In this document: in pieces, positions 50,352-61,669 of the stretch
Numbering within the stretch: position 1 is the first letter of the stretch
Layout of the letters: the number at the start of each line of letters is the position of its first letter
NCBI GenBank assembly: GCA_946965045.2
Contig: OX337242.1
Coordinates: 1,488,001-1,552,000 of the forward strand
Length of the DNA stretch: 64,000 nt
Origin: Epithemia pelagica
Lineage: Eukaryota; Protista; Bacillariophyta
Direction of reading: 5' to 3'
Translations under genes and position numbers: made by a program
The notes under the pieces: model-generated
The model's input: the letters and a program-made list of their open reading frames with translations, nothing else
Told to the model about the DNA's origin: nothing
The model's database searches: none

Positions 50352-53300
50352 ATGCGCCAGACGCGTAGTGCTACCAAACGAGCTGAGTCTGCGAAGAAGG
50401 AGCAGGAGGACTCCGCCGCAGCTCCCTCCACAACCGCATTTCCCTCCGACAAGGGAAACAAGGGAAACAAGGCAAACAAGAAAATGAAGACAAAGACGGC
50501 CGTGGACAACAAAACGTCGAAGAAGAAGAAGACGACGACGACGAAGTCTCCCGCTTCGACAAAGAAGCATGTGACCTTCAACCTTTAGGGTCCTTCGTCG
50601 TGGCACGAGCGCGCAAAACAGTGGCAACTCACCATTGGGGATGAAGATGGTATCCCAGTGTTCTTCGTCAGCAACAAGGACGTCGAATGCGCTAACCTGT
50701 CGGATATCGCGGCAGAGCTCCTTGCGATCGAGGCTGTCGGCAAAGAAGGTAAGTTTGATTGTTCATTGTTGGTTTTGAGTCTCCCTTTCTCACGACGCGC
50801 CCTCTGCTGCCACAGACACCAAACCCAACAGCAAGCCCGACAACAAGCCCAACAGCAAGCCCGAGAAGGAGATCAAGAAGGAGGACGACGTCGAGAACAA
50901 GACTCCAGAGTCTTATGTGACCCCGAAGAAAGTAACTTCTTCCCCGAAGGTGGCGTCTCGAGCTTTCGCACTGACCCCCTCCCAGAAGCATGCTTTCCAG
51001 CGTCGGATTGCTGAGGAACAGGTGAAGGAAAGTGGAGCGACAGACCCTCGCCAGACTTTGAATGAGTCGCTGGCATTGGGAGAAAACATCCCGTCGTCTC
51101 CTCCTTTGTTCTTTAGCAATCCTTCCCGTGCATACCGGACATCCATTGATTCGTATGCCGATGATGGATTTCTTCGAAAAACTCAACTTTTCATGTCTTT
51201 TCCAATGCGTGTAAGGAACTGGTGTCTGAATTTCCAAAAATTGCACCTTGGTTGCGTTGGTATTTACATCCTAAACGGGCACCAAGTTTTTTCCCGGCAA
51301 CTCAAACATTCAATGAAACAGAAAGAGGAAGGTTTGAAAAGCTGTCGACGTCAACTAATGCTCAAGAAAATCTTGGGAAACAATACCAACATTTGTTCAT
51401 GGACAAAAAGAGAAAATTGGGATTAAACGAAGCCATCCTTGCCGCATTCAAGTTTGTAAACAGCCTGGAATTTGACCGCAGAGCAGTGCAGAGGGGATTA
51501 AGTACAGAATATGCTCAATACCCTCGTCCGGCAAGCCCAAGAAAGAAAAAATGGGCCAAAAATGATGGTAGAGCACCTGATACAACCAAACAGTTGTTTC
51601 GCATCAATCAGAATGAGGCACGTAAACAAGATAATGACAAGACAACAAAACAAAGTACTGAACAAGGAAACCAGAAAACCAAGGAAGGGAGTGCTGCTAC
51701 TGATAACAATTATGATCAGACCATTCTTCCAACACCACCTCGAGAAACACTACGTGTCAATGACATGATTTATCATAGTCGCGTTGGTATTGATGTCGTC
51801 AAGGATTTACGAGTTGAACATCACCACAGTCGAATTGTCGAGATAAAGCCAATTCCCGAAAATCCATCTGATGATGATTCTGATGTCATTATTCTGGATT
51901 CGGGCCTTGGTCTGGAAAGTGATGCAGTCGTTTCAAAGAAACCCAAGTCTCGAGGCAAGTCTATAAAATACTTTACATTGATACCTGGGGTGGATGAGGG
52001 ACCAATCAGTCAGTATCCTGTTTTCCAGGCTGCCTCGCAGGCAGTAGCAGAAATGGAAAAGGAAGCAACCATATTTCCTTCCAAGGATAAATCAAGACCA
52101 TCAATGTTTCACGGTCCTTCTTGGGGTACAACAAATAAAGCTGTGAATACCTGCTCATTGGACTGTTTACTTGTATTGCTATATGCACCATATCATGCGG
52201 GACTCCTGAAAACTCCATACCCGGAGTTGACAGAAGAGTCAAGCTTCTTGTCAAGGACATATTCAAATTTGAGTGAAAATAAATATGATGACGCACGGAT
52301 TCCCTGGATAAATTTGTGTTTGAAAGAAGAAATTGAAGCTGCAAAGGAAACAGGACAGTTGAATATTCACGGGACGATGTCAAGGTTTCTTCGAATCTAT
52401 CCTGATACTAAAGAACCTCTCCTTGAGGAAAACATCGGAGGGAAAAGAACAGTTCATCCACTTCAGTTGACATTTCACATGTATCTTGAACACAAGATCT
52501 ACTGTGTCCGTAAAGATAAGTGTCCTAGACGACGTCACAACATTACCGTTCGAAGGCACAAGATTTTTATTGAACGTAACGAAACTGACATGTACTTTTG
52601 GCAACCCCTTGAAGATTCAATTGAAGGACGTTCCTTTGGAGGAGAATATTGTCGCTGTGGAAGCAGAGGTTCTGTCGATAAAGCAAGTGTAATTCGCTGG
52701 CCTCATACATTGATCATGGATACAGATCTTGAGGGTGGGAGCAAATATACAGACCTGTCCATTTTGGACCCAGAAATGGATATCGAAGATAAAACATTGG
52801 TTCTTCGTGGATGCATCATTTATGATCAGCAACGAGATCACTTCATGACATTGATCAAGTGTGAAGATGGATGGATGTCGTATGATGGACTACGTCATGA
52901 CCACAAATTCAAATTATACGACTCCCATCAATCCCAATCAATCATGGAAGGTTCAAAAAGCATAACAATGGTTACGTACAAAGTTTTGGACAGCAGTGTC
53001 AACCCAAGAAATGATTTTGTTGTCGAATGGGAAGACCTCTTTGATGTTGGCATACAGAATAATCAACTGTCACCAAGCCTTTTACCATCTAAGAGAACAA
53101 GGGAGCAAATGTTGGAAATCCATGACACATTGAAGAAAAAAGAGAAGAACATGACTGATTCTTTGAAACAACTATCAAAAGAGATTGAATCCTCCAGAAA
53201 GAAACATGCAGACGCAAAGGAGACTAATGATGGTGAAAACACCATGACCAGTATCCAACAAGACCTATCATCAGCAAAACCTTTGAGAAAGAATGAGCCA

Positions 53301-53606
53301 AGAAGTGCATCAAAAGAACGAATCCCCAAAGGTTTTTCTCTGCGTCAAAAGGTTCCCTCATGTGGAAGACGTGCAAGATGCGCAGGTTGTTTGAAGTTCA
53401 TTGAATACAAAGACTCTTGCATCCGACACAGGTACAGGAAGACAGAAAAGTTTACGTTCGATGATATTGACAATTACCACTGCCGAGCAACGTGTTTGTC
53501 GAAATTGGCAAAAGATCACCTCGGATCATTTTTGGAAAAGAAATGGGTTGAACAAGATGTGGTGCGTGTGGTGAAGGAAATTCAGCATTTGCACAAAAAA
53601 GAATAA
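50352..53606 (+). pseudogene. Cargo gene: basic/disordered N-terminus + USP(C19)-like cysteine protease + PARP-type zinc finger; in-frame TAG at 50586, intron 50749-50815, second junction near 51150-51290 uncertain
   Basis: Cys box GPSW..NTCSLD (C 52152-54), WPHTLIMD, His box LRGCIIY..DHFMTLIK..GWMSYDG (H 52839-41, D 52884-86), RARCAGC..IRH..YHC..C finger. GTAAGT..CACAG intron joins the 50658 and 50917 frames. Confidence 0.75.
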
Positions 53607-53640
53607 ATGCAATAAGTGGCGATGTAGTGTGGGATAGCAA

Positions 53641-53771
53641 GAAAAGTGGGGACAAGTTGCATGTGAAAGAAAGAGCAGGAAAAGTGGGGACAAAACAACG
53701 TGTGAGTGTATGAAGCAGAGAGCGATGAGTGTATGGGGACGAACATCATGTGAAGGAAAAAGTGGGGACAA
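53641..53771 (+). repeat. Three copies of AAAAGTGGGGACAA downstream of the cargo gene
   Basis: Copies at about 53642, 53680 and 53758. Confidence 0.8.
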
Positions 53772-54252
53772 ATAATCGTGAAAAATAAAAATTATAGTCC
53801 GTTCTCGTACTCTCGTAATAGGGCTGTACTCGATAATCATAGTCTAGTTCCTGATAAAGTAGATTACGGATCCCTGATGACATCTGCCCATATACTATGA
53901 TTTAGATCCATATCATGTTTATTAGATGACTGAATGTCTAACAACTTATCTAATATAAATTTATCCGAATCACACCAGGAATCGCGAACCACACCCTGAA
54001 CCACACTCCGAACCACACCTTTTTAGATCTCCCCATGTTTTCGGTGGGGAAGCAATAAAAGCGATTCAAGGGTGAGATCGAATCGCTCGGTGGCTGACTC
54101 TGTTGGGTACGAGCACCTAATTATCACCCGCTTCTCTAGCTAGAGGTAGACGTAGAAGCAGATTTTGTGAGATGAAATGAGCAGCAAGCAAAAGATTGGA
54201 AGACGGTGGAAAAGACATGGACTTGGCTACTTCATTCAAGTATCAGACACAA

Positions 54253-55677
54253 CTAAACAATTCCTGGAATAAACCGGTACGGTACGAGTTGTTTGTAGGT
54301 TTGCCAATCGTCACCATACTTGGACTGGCACATTTGATCGTCTCTCATTGATCGATGCACCAGTAATATTGCAAAATAGATAGCATAAAAGTAAGGGACA
54401 ATAGATCCAAAGCCACATACCAAACACCAGGTTAGTCCCATGATCCAATCTCCGGTGTAGTTGATCTTTCGGGCCATACCCCACCAGCCAGATGTCAGCA
54501 GCTTGGTGCCCCGCTTTGTTTGTAGAAACTTCAAATGGGCAACTTTGGGATCATTGGGGTTGCACCGAAACATATTCTTTTCTCCATTAGCACCTCGGAA
54601 AATGGCATAACCCACAATGTGCAACAGTACAATACCAAAAAGAGCCATGTAGCTCAAATGGGGATCATGGTTGACCAAATACCGTGCTTGCAAGCTGTAC
54701 GTAAACGGTACCCATGCCAAATCGCCAAATAAAAGCATGAATCCAAATCCATCTGTGGTAATATCCATAGTGGTAAGAATGGCACGTTCTTGGTAGAGAG
54801 CGTCCCACACGTAAATGCCTTGAAACACATTGACCAGTAGCATGCTGCCCGTGACGTAACCCAGTTGTGCGTATTGTTGTCGAAGAGATGCCAAGTTAAG
54901 AAACATCCACCCGATGAGTCCAGGGCGCAACTCACAAAATTCCTTCCAATCAAAGGAAAAGATTCGTGGATTGAGTTCACGTCCCATGAAAAAGTCATAG
55001 GGTGGAATCCCTGAATTACCGCCATGGGCTAAAATCTTGTCTCCCACAAAGGAGTCCAAGTACAAGTAAACACTCAGCACCATGGTCAATCCAATGGTGA
55101 CCAATGCAATCTCCGAGAAATATTGATACAGCCAGTCCTCAATTGGGAAAGACGAAAATTGAATCGATTGGCTCCCTTCGTGCCAATACGGATAGGAAAA
55201 TTGTAACACAAATAGTGATACCCAGAACGCCAAATGGCCATTGATACGATAATCCAATCGATTATTGGGGTCTCCATGAACGGGAGCTCCTTCTACCAGC
55301 TCGCACGGCAGTAATCTTTCCAGAATAACTTGAAACAAGAACCAACCCACAACAATCATGGTGCATTGGCCCAACAAGCCCAGTGACATGTCATCGTCCT
55401 TGGAATCTGATGCACTATCACATGAGGGACACAGAACTGGACTTTTTACAATTCTATCCCAAAAGGAGCGACCGTCTGATGAAAAAACATCTTGTAGAGC
55501 ACTCAGATCAACGTACCCGACCCTCGACCAATGCGCCAAAAGCAACACTACAACTGGCAGCAATATCACATTCAAGCTTGTTCCGACTGGTCCGCCGAAC
55601 TCATACTCGAATTCCTTCTTATCAGACGATGGAGCCTTCGACCCTGTCTTGGCCAGTTTGCTATTGCTCTGCTCCAT
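54253..55677 (-). CDS. ERG24: Delta14-sterol reductase (ERG24/TM7SF2/FACKEL family)
   Basis: YEFGGPVG, DFFMGRELNPR, CELRPGLIGW, DITTDGFGFML, LLTSGWWGMARKINY, KYGDDW..Y...VPYRFIPG. Confidence 0.93.
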   Translation of the reverse strand: MEQSNSKLAKTGSKAPSSDKKEFEYEFGGPVGTSLNVILLPVVVLLLAHWSRVGYVDLSALQDVFSSDGRSFWDRIVKSPVLCPSCDSASDSKDDDMSLGLLGQCTMIVVGWFLFQVILERLLPCELVEGAPVHGDPNNRLDYRINGHLAFWVSLFVLQFSYPYWHEGSQSIQFSSFPIEDWLYQYFSEIALVTIGLTMVLSVYLYLDSFVGDKILAHGGNSGIPPYDFFMGRELNPRIFSFDWKEFCELRPGLIGWMFLNLASLRQQYAQLGYVTGSMLLVNVFQGIYVWDALYQERAILTTMDITTDGFGFMLLFGDLAWVPFTYSLQARYLVNHDPHLSYMALFGIVLLHIVGYAIFRGANGEKNMFRCNPNDPKVAHLKFLQTKRGTKLLTSGWWGMARKINYTGDWIMGLTWCLVCGFGSIVPYFYAIYFAILLVHRSMRDDQMCQSKYGDDWQTYKQLVPYRFIPGIV

Positions 55678-56124
55678 GGTGAAACCAATAATTGTTTAGA
55701 CATGGACTGGATAAGCAAGATCTGACCTGGATTTCAAAAGACGAAGGATGGCGTCATTAACGTGAACGACTGTTTCAAGTGCGGTAGCCGTGTCCCGTAA
55801 TGGCTGGCGGCACCGTAAACTACCTACTCCTAGGAGTAGTTGTAGAAATCAAGGCCAAGAACACGCCAAAAAAGTTGATCAACAGAGGCAAAAGAGGACC
55901 AAGCGTCCTGCCAATGCGCCATCGAAAAGTCTCATGATAATCAGATCGCGGAGTCCTGCCCGTATGGGAGGGGAGGGAAGAGAGGAGGGGAAGCAAAGGC
56001 GTTACTATGTGTTGATTGGCAGTTCTATACCTAGCACTTTCACAAGCTTGAAACAGTACTTCACACCGAGTCTCAAGCGATGAAATTCGTATATGTTGCA
56101 TTCTCTGCTATGTACAAGTCATTT

Positions 56125-56661
56125 TCAAAAAGATGATATGAAACAAGAAGCTCCAGCGCAGGAGTCCGCCATGAGAAACGTGACATCGGTGGCCGCGGTG
56201 GCAAGAAGGTGATCATTTTCATTGTCTAAAGATGGATCTTCAGCGGTTGCTTCTATCGCTGTTGTTCTAAGTGGTCTCGCTTCTTTTCTTTGACGCAGTT
56301 GATTTGCCCTCGCCACCAACTGGGATTGGATTTCATCGTCAGACAGTAGCAACGCCGAAGATCTCCGAGCATATCTTCGACCAGTCTTCATATGACCATC
56401 ATTTACATCAACAGCATCTCCTCTCTTCCACGTAGTTCGCCGGTTCCGTCTAGGTTGATACATGAACGACGCAGTCAGTGCATCGTGAGCGCATACTGGC
56501 CTTGACTGTGGTTGGGCTACACAAGGCAGGTCCTGGGCTACAAAGCCTTCCACTCTAAGTGCTGTTTCCACCGGATGCCCAAACACACCTTCGCAAGATG
56601 GAATCGAAAGAACCAACACGGTAAACGGTAACAGCCTTGATCTTTTCCTTTGGATTGCCAT
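56125..56661 (-). CDS. Possible secreted/plastid-targeted unknown protein (5' exon; may continue into 55820-56101)
   Basis: Signal-like LLPFTVLVLSIPSCEG; no recognised domain; splice junction not established. Confidence 0.4.
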   Translation of the reverse strand: MAIQRKRSRLLPFTVLVLSIPSCEGVFGHPVETALRVEGFVAQDLPCVAQPQSRPVCAHDALTASFMYQPRRNRRTTWKRGDAVDVNDGHMKTGRRYARRSSALLLSDDEIQSQLVARANQLRQRKEARPLRTTAIEATAEDPSLDNENDHLLATAATDVTFLMADSCAGASCFISSF

Positions 56662-57291
56662 GGTCGTCCCTGTCTTGAGTGGATTTGTTGTACGGTATTT
56701 TCTTGTTGTTGGTGTTGGTGGCACGCAGGTTGGGAACACGAGAACCGGGCCTGGTGCAAGTATTCTCATTTATCACTTCCCATCGTTGCGATAGTAATTG
56801 AGTACGGAGTCAACAGGGTTCGACATTCTTATCAGAACATACGAAAACAGTGAACCGCTGGGAATGTATTGAAATCGTCCGTCTGTCGTACGAAACTACA
56901 AAGATTACAGATCTGGTGTCGCATTCGGGATTCTGCATGCAATGATTGGCTTAGAGGCCCTTCCTCTCAGAAACTCACAACTGATGTCAGGGAAAAGTGA
57001 TGTCAGATGTATCATTATCTGTGATTGGTTGCTGTCAAAAAACCGTTTGCATTTTTTTAATTTTTTAAAAAATGTCGCACCCGCGTCCATGCAGACAGAC
57101 TACAAATGAAACGAGGGAAGGGAAACGGGGGCCCCCGCTTAGAGAAGAGTATCTTTGATCTTTGTTGGCGGTGTCAGTGAACCTGACTGGATCCATAGTC
57201 GTCAGTCGCATTCTCATCGTCAACTCATCTCGACCGGCACCTTCACTGCACAATGTTTTCCAAGGTTCATTGGAACTGCACGATGACAACT

Positions 57292-58575
57292 ATGCGCATT
57301 CTTGCCGTGCTTGTCCTATACATGGGCTTGGCGGAGGCCTTTACAGCTCCATCGCGATCGACGACATCGGCGCAAACTGGATCGACCAAGTTGTCAATGG
57401 CGGGGTTGGATCGTCGTGCCTTTGGCAACACAGCATGGGGAATTATTGCAGGAATCGTCGGAATGGAACAGATTCAACCGGCCCAGGCCCAAGTGTTCTT
57501 GGACCCAGCTATGTACGGAGATCAAGAGTTGCGAGTTAGTGCAGTCGACTCCATGAAGGAGCAGGTGCGCCGAGCAATTCTCCAAAACCCTGACCTAGCA
57601 CCGAGCTTTTATCAGCTGTCCCTTCTTGATTGCCTCTCCTTCGACGCGAAGACAAAAGAGTTTGGTCCAGATTCCAGTGTCATCAAGCTGGTTCTTTCAT
57701 CAAAGGTGGATGATGAGTACACAAAAAATCTCCAAAAGGCAGTGCTCACCTTGATTGACGCTTCCAAGGCTTTGAAAAAGTACACAGCAATCACGTTGGC
57801 TGATGCCATCGCAGTGGGGGGTTCAGAATCAATCGAGTCCATCGGTGGGCCTGTTTTGCCGGTGCAGCTTGGGCGTGGAGATGCACCTCTGGATGCTCCC
57901 GTCGCCAACATACCAATTGATTTGTTCAACGGGAAGTACTCCACGGAAGAAGTAACAGGTTACTTTCTCAAGGCAGGGCTCACAGAACGCGAAATGACAG
58001 CACTCATGTCTGGTTTATTCACAATCGAAGCTGTCAAAAAGACACGAACTTCGGAGGATTGGAGACAATCAGTGAAACCCAAGTTTCGTGAGGCTGGTAA
58101 AATGGGCCGCATGTCCGAATTCCGTCGGTTGACCGACGAAGACATTCAAGAAGCTGAAGCACAAGCGGAATTAGAGGCGGATCCGGATTACGAAGACCCA
58201 GATGATGGTTGGTACATTGCCGATAGTTTCGGCAGTCGAGAAGAGCGATTTGGAGATCGAATTGGAAAGGACCAGATCACTGAAAAGACGTTCAACAAAT
58301 TCATCAAAGAGATTTCCGAAAAATCGAAGAAGAAAGGAGCAGATTTGTCAGAATATGGGTGGATTGCCGAAATGTTAACTGATCCAAACGCACCTACATC
58401 CCAAACCTGGCTCTCAAAATACGCTGGGTCAAATCTCAATTACATCAAAGATTTGCTGGCCTCCTACAATTCTGTGACACAGCTCGGAGTCGTATACACC
58501 GGAGGCAAATATGAGAGCTTGCTGAAGAACAAATCCAGGAAGAGTCTGAATAATGATGAGTTGAATCTCTTTTGA
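57292..58575 (+). CDS. Thylakoid-lumen TL29/APX4-like ascorbate-peroxidase homologue, probably non-catalytic
   Basis: Signal peptide ending AEA-F, twin-Arg DRR..AQA lumen signal, ITLADAIAVGG..GGP..PVQLGRGDA; the usual R..WH motif reads QLSLLD. Confidence 0.82.
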   Translation: MRILAVLVLYMGLAEAFTAPSRSTTSAQTGSTKLSMAGLDRRAFGNTAWGIIAGIVGMEQIQPAQAQVFLDPAMYGDQELRVSAVDSMKEQVRRAILQNPDLAPSFYQLSLLDCLSFDAKTKEFGPDSSVIKLVLSSKVDDEYTKNLQKAVLTLIDASKALKKYTAITLADAIAVGGSESIESIGGPVLPVQLGRGDAPLDAPVANIPIDLFNGKYSTEEVTGYFLKAGLTEREMTALMSGLFTIEAVKKTRTSEDWRQSVKPKFREAGKMGRMSEFRRLTDEDIQEAEAQAELEADPDYEDPDDGWYIADSFGSREERFGDRIGKDQITEKTFNKFIKEISEKSKKKGADLSEYGWIAEMLTDPNAPTSQTWLSKYAGSNLNYIKDLLASYNSVTQLGVVYTGGKYESLLKNKSRKSLNNDELNLF

Positions 58576-58740
58576 TGAGTCAACTATTAGTTAATTTCTC
58601 GTAATACGAATTGCGATGTGTTATGGATTCATGGATTTTTATGCGTTGTCGGGAGTGATCTATTGTGTGTACAAAACAAGCTCATGGCTTGCTGAAGTGT
58701 TATGAATGACCCATGTCGCATATTGTACTCGAAAGGATAC

Positions 58741-60493
58741 TTAAAAGAATTGATGACCGTCCACAGGAAACAAATTCTTTGCAGAGGGCGAAAGCCCGAA
58801 AGCAAACGTAGAATCAGCGTTAAGTTTGGGACCAGCGTTGGGATCTTCTTCCGCTAAGTCGGGTTCAGTCCCGAAATGATCTTCAATTATCTTCATTGCT
58901 TTCTCGTATACTTGATCGTTCCGATGATTCAACAGTGCTTCGATAGTATCGAGTGCCCCTTCTTCCTCGATTACAGTCGGCATGTTGTTATTCGGTTGGT
59001 TAGCATCATAGACCAGCATCGTATAAAGGCTATCCAAGATCGATATCAACAGATCGGATTCTGATATTTGGAGACTCGCGCAAAACGGCAAAATCGCCCC
59101 CGCGCTTACAACAGCTCTCGTTTGTGTTGGAGAATTATTCGAAAGGAGATTACAAAGCGTCCACAAACCCTCTTTCCGTGTGGCCCAATTGTCGGAGTGG
59201 GAGGCCTTCACGACCTCCCTCAAAATGCGGCTCCGTTTCGCCAGAGCTTCCGCCTGGTCTTTCGTCCCTCCGGCAATGTTGGAGAGTAGCCACATTGTCT
59301 CCTTTAAAACTGCCTTGTTCTTCACGTGTATCAATGGAACGATGAAGTCAAGAATCCCCGTGGATAATAACAAGTCTGTTTGCATTGCGTTTCCGGAGGC
59401 AATCATTCCGAAGCATCGAGTAAGAGGTACAAGAAGCTTGGGGGTCGGGCATTTTGAAGTCACTTCTTCTTGGAGAACTTTCTTCAAGGCAGGGAGCACC
59501 TTAAAGTCAATCAGGACTTGTGGGCGACTTCCATCTTCTACATTGCCTTCCGCAAGATATTGAAGACAGTAGCAAACGTCCATTCTCAGCTGGACCTCGT
59601 CTCTTGAAGATTCTTCAAGGAGCCGCACCAGGGGGCGTACGAAGCACTTTGTTTCCATGATATCGCGGTGGGAGCTCTCTCGAAGAATGTTACTAAGAGC
59701 CCATACAAAGTGTCCAAGGAGCGTTTTCGTCTCCGGGCTGATAATGTTGTGAACAAATCCATTTCTTACGGAATCCATCTCGAGAAGCCCATCTCTGTAT
59801 TTGGAAGCTTCGGCCGCGATGTTGCCAATGCACCACGCCGACTGGAAGCGTAAATCGGCCGTTTTACCGAACACAACCAGTCGCCCTAGCTCATGTACCA
59901 TTCCAGGGAACTCTGCCACAAAGCAAACCACTGTGTTCGAGGTAGACGATGTCATATTTGTCAGGGCCCATGTTGACTCGAACTGCAGTTGTGGATAAAC
60001 ATCCAGTTGTAGGACACGATGCAAATACGGAACAACTCCCGAAGTACAGATCTTGTCCATAGGAGGCTTATTCGGGATACAAGTCAGGTTTCGTATGTCT
60101 CGGACAGTATTGAAGATCAAGTCACTGTTAAACAGATTGGGGGTCTGGTCCCAATTTCGGAAGACTTGCATTGACTGGGAAAGAACCGATTCAATTGAAC
60201 TTTGTGCATTCTCGTTGTCTAAGGTATGTGCTGACAAAAACGATGAATCTGCTTTCGTTAGAAGCCCTCGACGAGCTTGCAAGCGATTATCTTTTTTTGC
60301 CTTGCGGATTTGTAGCGAGGTTTCTTCACGCGTCCGCCTAGCGTCTTCCGTTTTGACATTCGTCTTGGTCGTCGATTGACGGTCTGTGCAAAGGCAAAAT
60401 ACATTGAGAAGGGAAAAGACGGGATGATCATTCTCCTAACGCGCACGTTTCGAGCACCTACTTACTTCGTTTTTCCATCATTTTTCTCTGCAT
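58741..60493 (-). CDS. Importin alpha, 2 exons (intron 60384-60465), 556 aa
   Basis: IBB (EDARRTREETSLQIRKAKKDNRLQARR), ARM repeats (LQFESTWALTN, QSAWCIGNIA, KETMWLLSNIAGG, KEGLWTLCN); GTAAGT..GCACAG intron in frame. Confidence 0.93.
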
Positions 60494-61669
60494 CTCTTCA
60501 AAAATGTGTTCTCCAAATTCAGTCAATGGGCACCTGCTAAAGACTCTGAGCCACGAACCAAGACTATCGCTAAACAAGAAATGTAATGCTCACTTCCTCG
60601 GGTTTTGATTGATCTCGCAGTCGAATGGTCTTCCCAACATCAGCTTGTTTTGATGGAATGAAGGAACAACACGGAGAGAGACCTGGCGTTTTGGGGACTC
60701 GCTGAAATGCAAGCACCACCGCGCAGGTCGACAGACATGCGACATATTTCATACTCAAACAGAGAGAGTCGAAAGATTCCCACATACAACATCGCCAAGT
60801 TTTTCCGTTGTACTACACACAGCATAGTCTATGTCTTGCTCGTATGATCACTTAGAGGTTGAGTTGGTCTTGGAAGTGGGGGATGATGGCAGGCCGGATG
60901 GAGGCATCTGTTGATCCACGAACGACTCTTTCACAAACTCCGCGTTCAGTGTAGACAACTTACTCCCGTGATCGCCAAGGTCGACCCATTGATTGCACAC
61001 ACTTCAAGCGATGTTCTACACGCCCCAGCAGTATCCAGCACTTCTCCCACCGCTCACGCTTAACGGGGCGTTCCGCATCATGCGATTCGCTCTCTCAAGA
61101 AAAAAAATCCAAATGGCAATGGAATGGGCTCATGGGTGGCATCTCTCTGTGAATTCGTTTTAGAATCCAATCTGCATGTCGTTGCATGCCAACCAGTCAC
61201 CAAGAACAACTAGAACTACACATGATAGGAGAGCTTGCTCCTGATGTAGACAACAAGAAAGAATTCCAACAGTCTCGAAGAAAAGGAGCACGCCGCTCGT
61301 TATGGGAGCCTGGGGAGATAGGTTCTCGACTTTCATCAAACCATGGAAAGGTGCAGCGTGAGAAATCGAGTCATCCTTTCCGCGTGGTGGGAGATCACGA
61401 TGGTCCACTTGGTTAGTTGAATTTGTGGGGTGTGTGCACCAACATTTTTATTTATTTCACTCATATTTTTTTTTATGTACAGCTGCTTCACTTGGATTGA
61501 AAAATACGGGATCGTTGCTGATACAAGAAAGACAGCCCTTTCACAGAAAGTCAACAAGAAGAAGAGATCATGTTACATGCCATGGTAAGTTCATATTTCA
61601 TGGCAGAGACTTCAAGATACCTAGGAGTTTTCGTTATTACTCTCTCTTTTTACGTCTATTTCTAACTTA

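Larger units (their letters stand above)
48562..54033. mobile_element. MULE-like TIR element, about 5.47 kb, non-autonomous, carrying genes
   Basis: Direct flank CATGTTTTCGG at 48551-48561 and 54034-54044 (TSD 9-11 bp). Imperfect TIRs built of AAAAAGG + GGTGTG(A/G)TTCGG repeats at about 48562-48630 and, inverted, at about 53963-54033. Confidence 0.88.

Noticed and set aside
40812-58575. Metabolic gene cluster (CHI-like, sterol reductase, peroxidase-like)
   Set aside because: The genes are functionally unrelated, in different compartments and interspersed with housekeeping genes.
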